NCBI RefSeq assembly: GCF_030028105.1
Contig: NC_092398.1
Coordinates: 28,490,424 to 28,554,423, forward strand
Direction: 5' to 3'
Origin: Mobula birostris
Lineage: Eukaryota
Length of the DNA: 64,000 bases
Both the position numbers and the translations under genes were made by a program. Positions 63,201-64,000 of the stretch are shown piece after piece. The notes beneath the pieces are model-generated. The model was not told where the DNA came from. It did no database searches and saw only the letters and a program-made list of their open reading frames with translations. The number at the start of each line of letters is the position of its first letter. The stretch's first letter is position 1.

Positions 63201-63779
63201 GATCCGGACCTGGGGTGCTACCTATGTGGAGTTTGCAAGCTCCCCCTGTGAACACGTGGGCTTCTGCAGGATTCTCCAGAGTCATCTCCATGTCCCCAAG
63301 CTGTGTTCGGAGATTAACGAGCCAATGTAGGGTCAAGGATCAATATTATTCACCATAGGAATCCGTTAGTCTCGTGAGACCATGGATTTGCGCCTTGGAA
63401 GGTCTCCAGGGTGCAGGCCTGGGCAAGGTTGTATGGAAGACTGGCAGTTGCCCATGCTGCAAGTCTCCCCTCTCCACACCACCGATGTTGTCCAAGGGAA
63501 GGACAAGGGCTGATACAGCTTGGCACCAGTGTCGTCGCAGAGCAATGTGTGGTTAAGTGCCTTGCTCAGGGACACAACATAAATACATAAATATCAGCAT
63601 GCATTTACAGTGTAAACAGCATTATAAAATTGGTTTGAAGTGTTTACCGGGCGATGATGAAGTAATAGATAGAGGGGGTGGGGGAGGTAACTAGAATGGT
63701 CGATCAGATTAACTGCCTGGGGGAAGAAACTTTTAAGATGGTGTGAACGCTTTGTTTTAATAACCCTAGAGCGCTTTCC

Positions 63780-63870
63780 ACAAGAATAAATTAGTGTTTT
63801 ATTTCTATTCTGACATGTTCCAGCACCTGTCCAATGAACTTCGCTAATTCCCATGATATTAATCTTTAAA
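63780..63870 (-). mobile_element. RTE LINE endonuclease N-terminal fragment
   Basis: LKINIMGISEVHWTGAGTCQNRNKTLIYS. Confidence 0.7.
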
Positions 63871-63871
63871 C

Positions 63872-64000
63872 AGGAGGAAATCTGCAGATGCTGGAATTTT
63901 GAGCAACACACATAAAAGTTGCCGGTGAACGCAGCAGGCCAGGCAGCATCTATTGGAAGAGGTACAGTCGATGTTTCGGGCCGAGACCCTTCGTCAGGAC
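63872..64000 (-). mobile_element. PLE-derived tail with hammerhead core, cut by the window end
   Basis: Revcomp gtcCTGACGAagggtctcggcccGAAAcaTCgactg...gatgctgcctggcctgctgcgttcacc. Confidence 0.85.

Overview
Eukaryotic (vertebrate) genomic DNA, most likely a cartilaginous fish such as a ray or shark. This is inferred from the CR1/HER1-type LINE tails, Penelope-like elements, Rex1/Babar, RTE, L1, Tc1, Tigger, hAT and LTR remnants that fill most of the window. There are two assembly gaps. The one host gene I can support is on the minus strand at 55514-60294. It has four coding exons with canonical splice sites and consistent phases: alpha1, Ig-C1 alpha2, connecting peptide/TM, and cytoplasmic tail with a polyA signal. 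It encodes a class-II-architecture MHC alpha chain whose alpha2 domain carries beta2-microglobulin-like residues, which best fits a W-category MHC alpha (WA) chain. No leader exon or beta-chain partner was found in the window. Other points of interest: (i) remnants of an old inverted duplication linking 9.8-13.1 kb to 49.1-55.9 kb, which preserves a splice donor and a kB/CRE-like module; (ii) an orphan TATA/ETS/kB/C-EBP promoter-like island at about 49 kb; (iii) at least ten Penelope-derived tails with minimal hammerhead-ribozyme motifs, one folded into a perfect 61-bp hairpin; (iv) a dispersed 52-bp minisatellite; (v) a modular tRNA-SINE family. All calls were made by eye, without database searches, and repeat boundaries are approximate unless a target-site duplication (TSD) is given.
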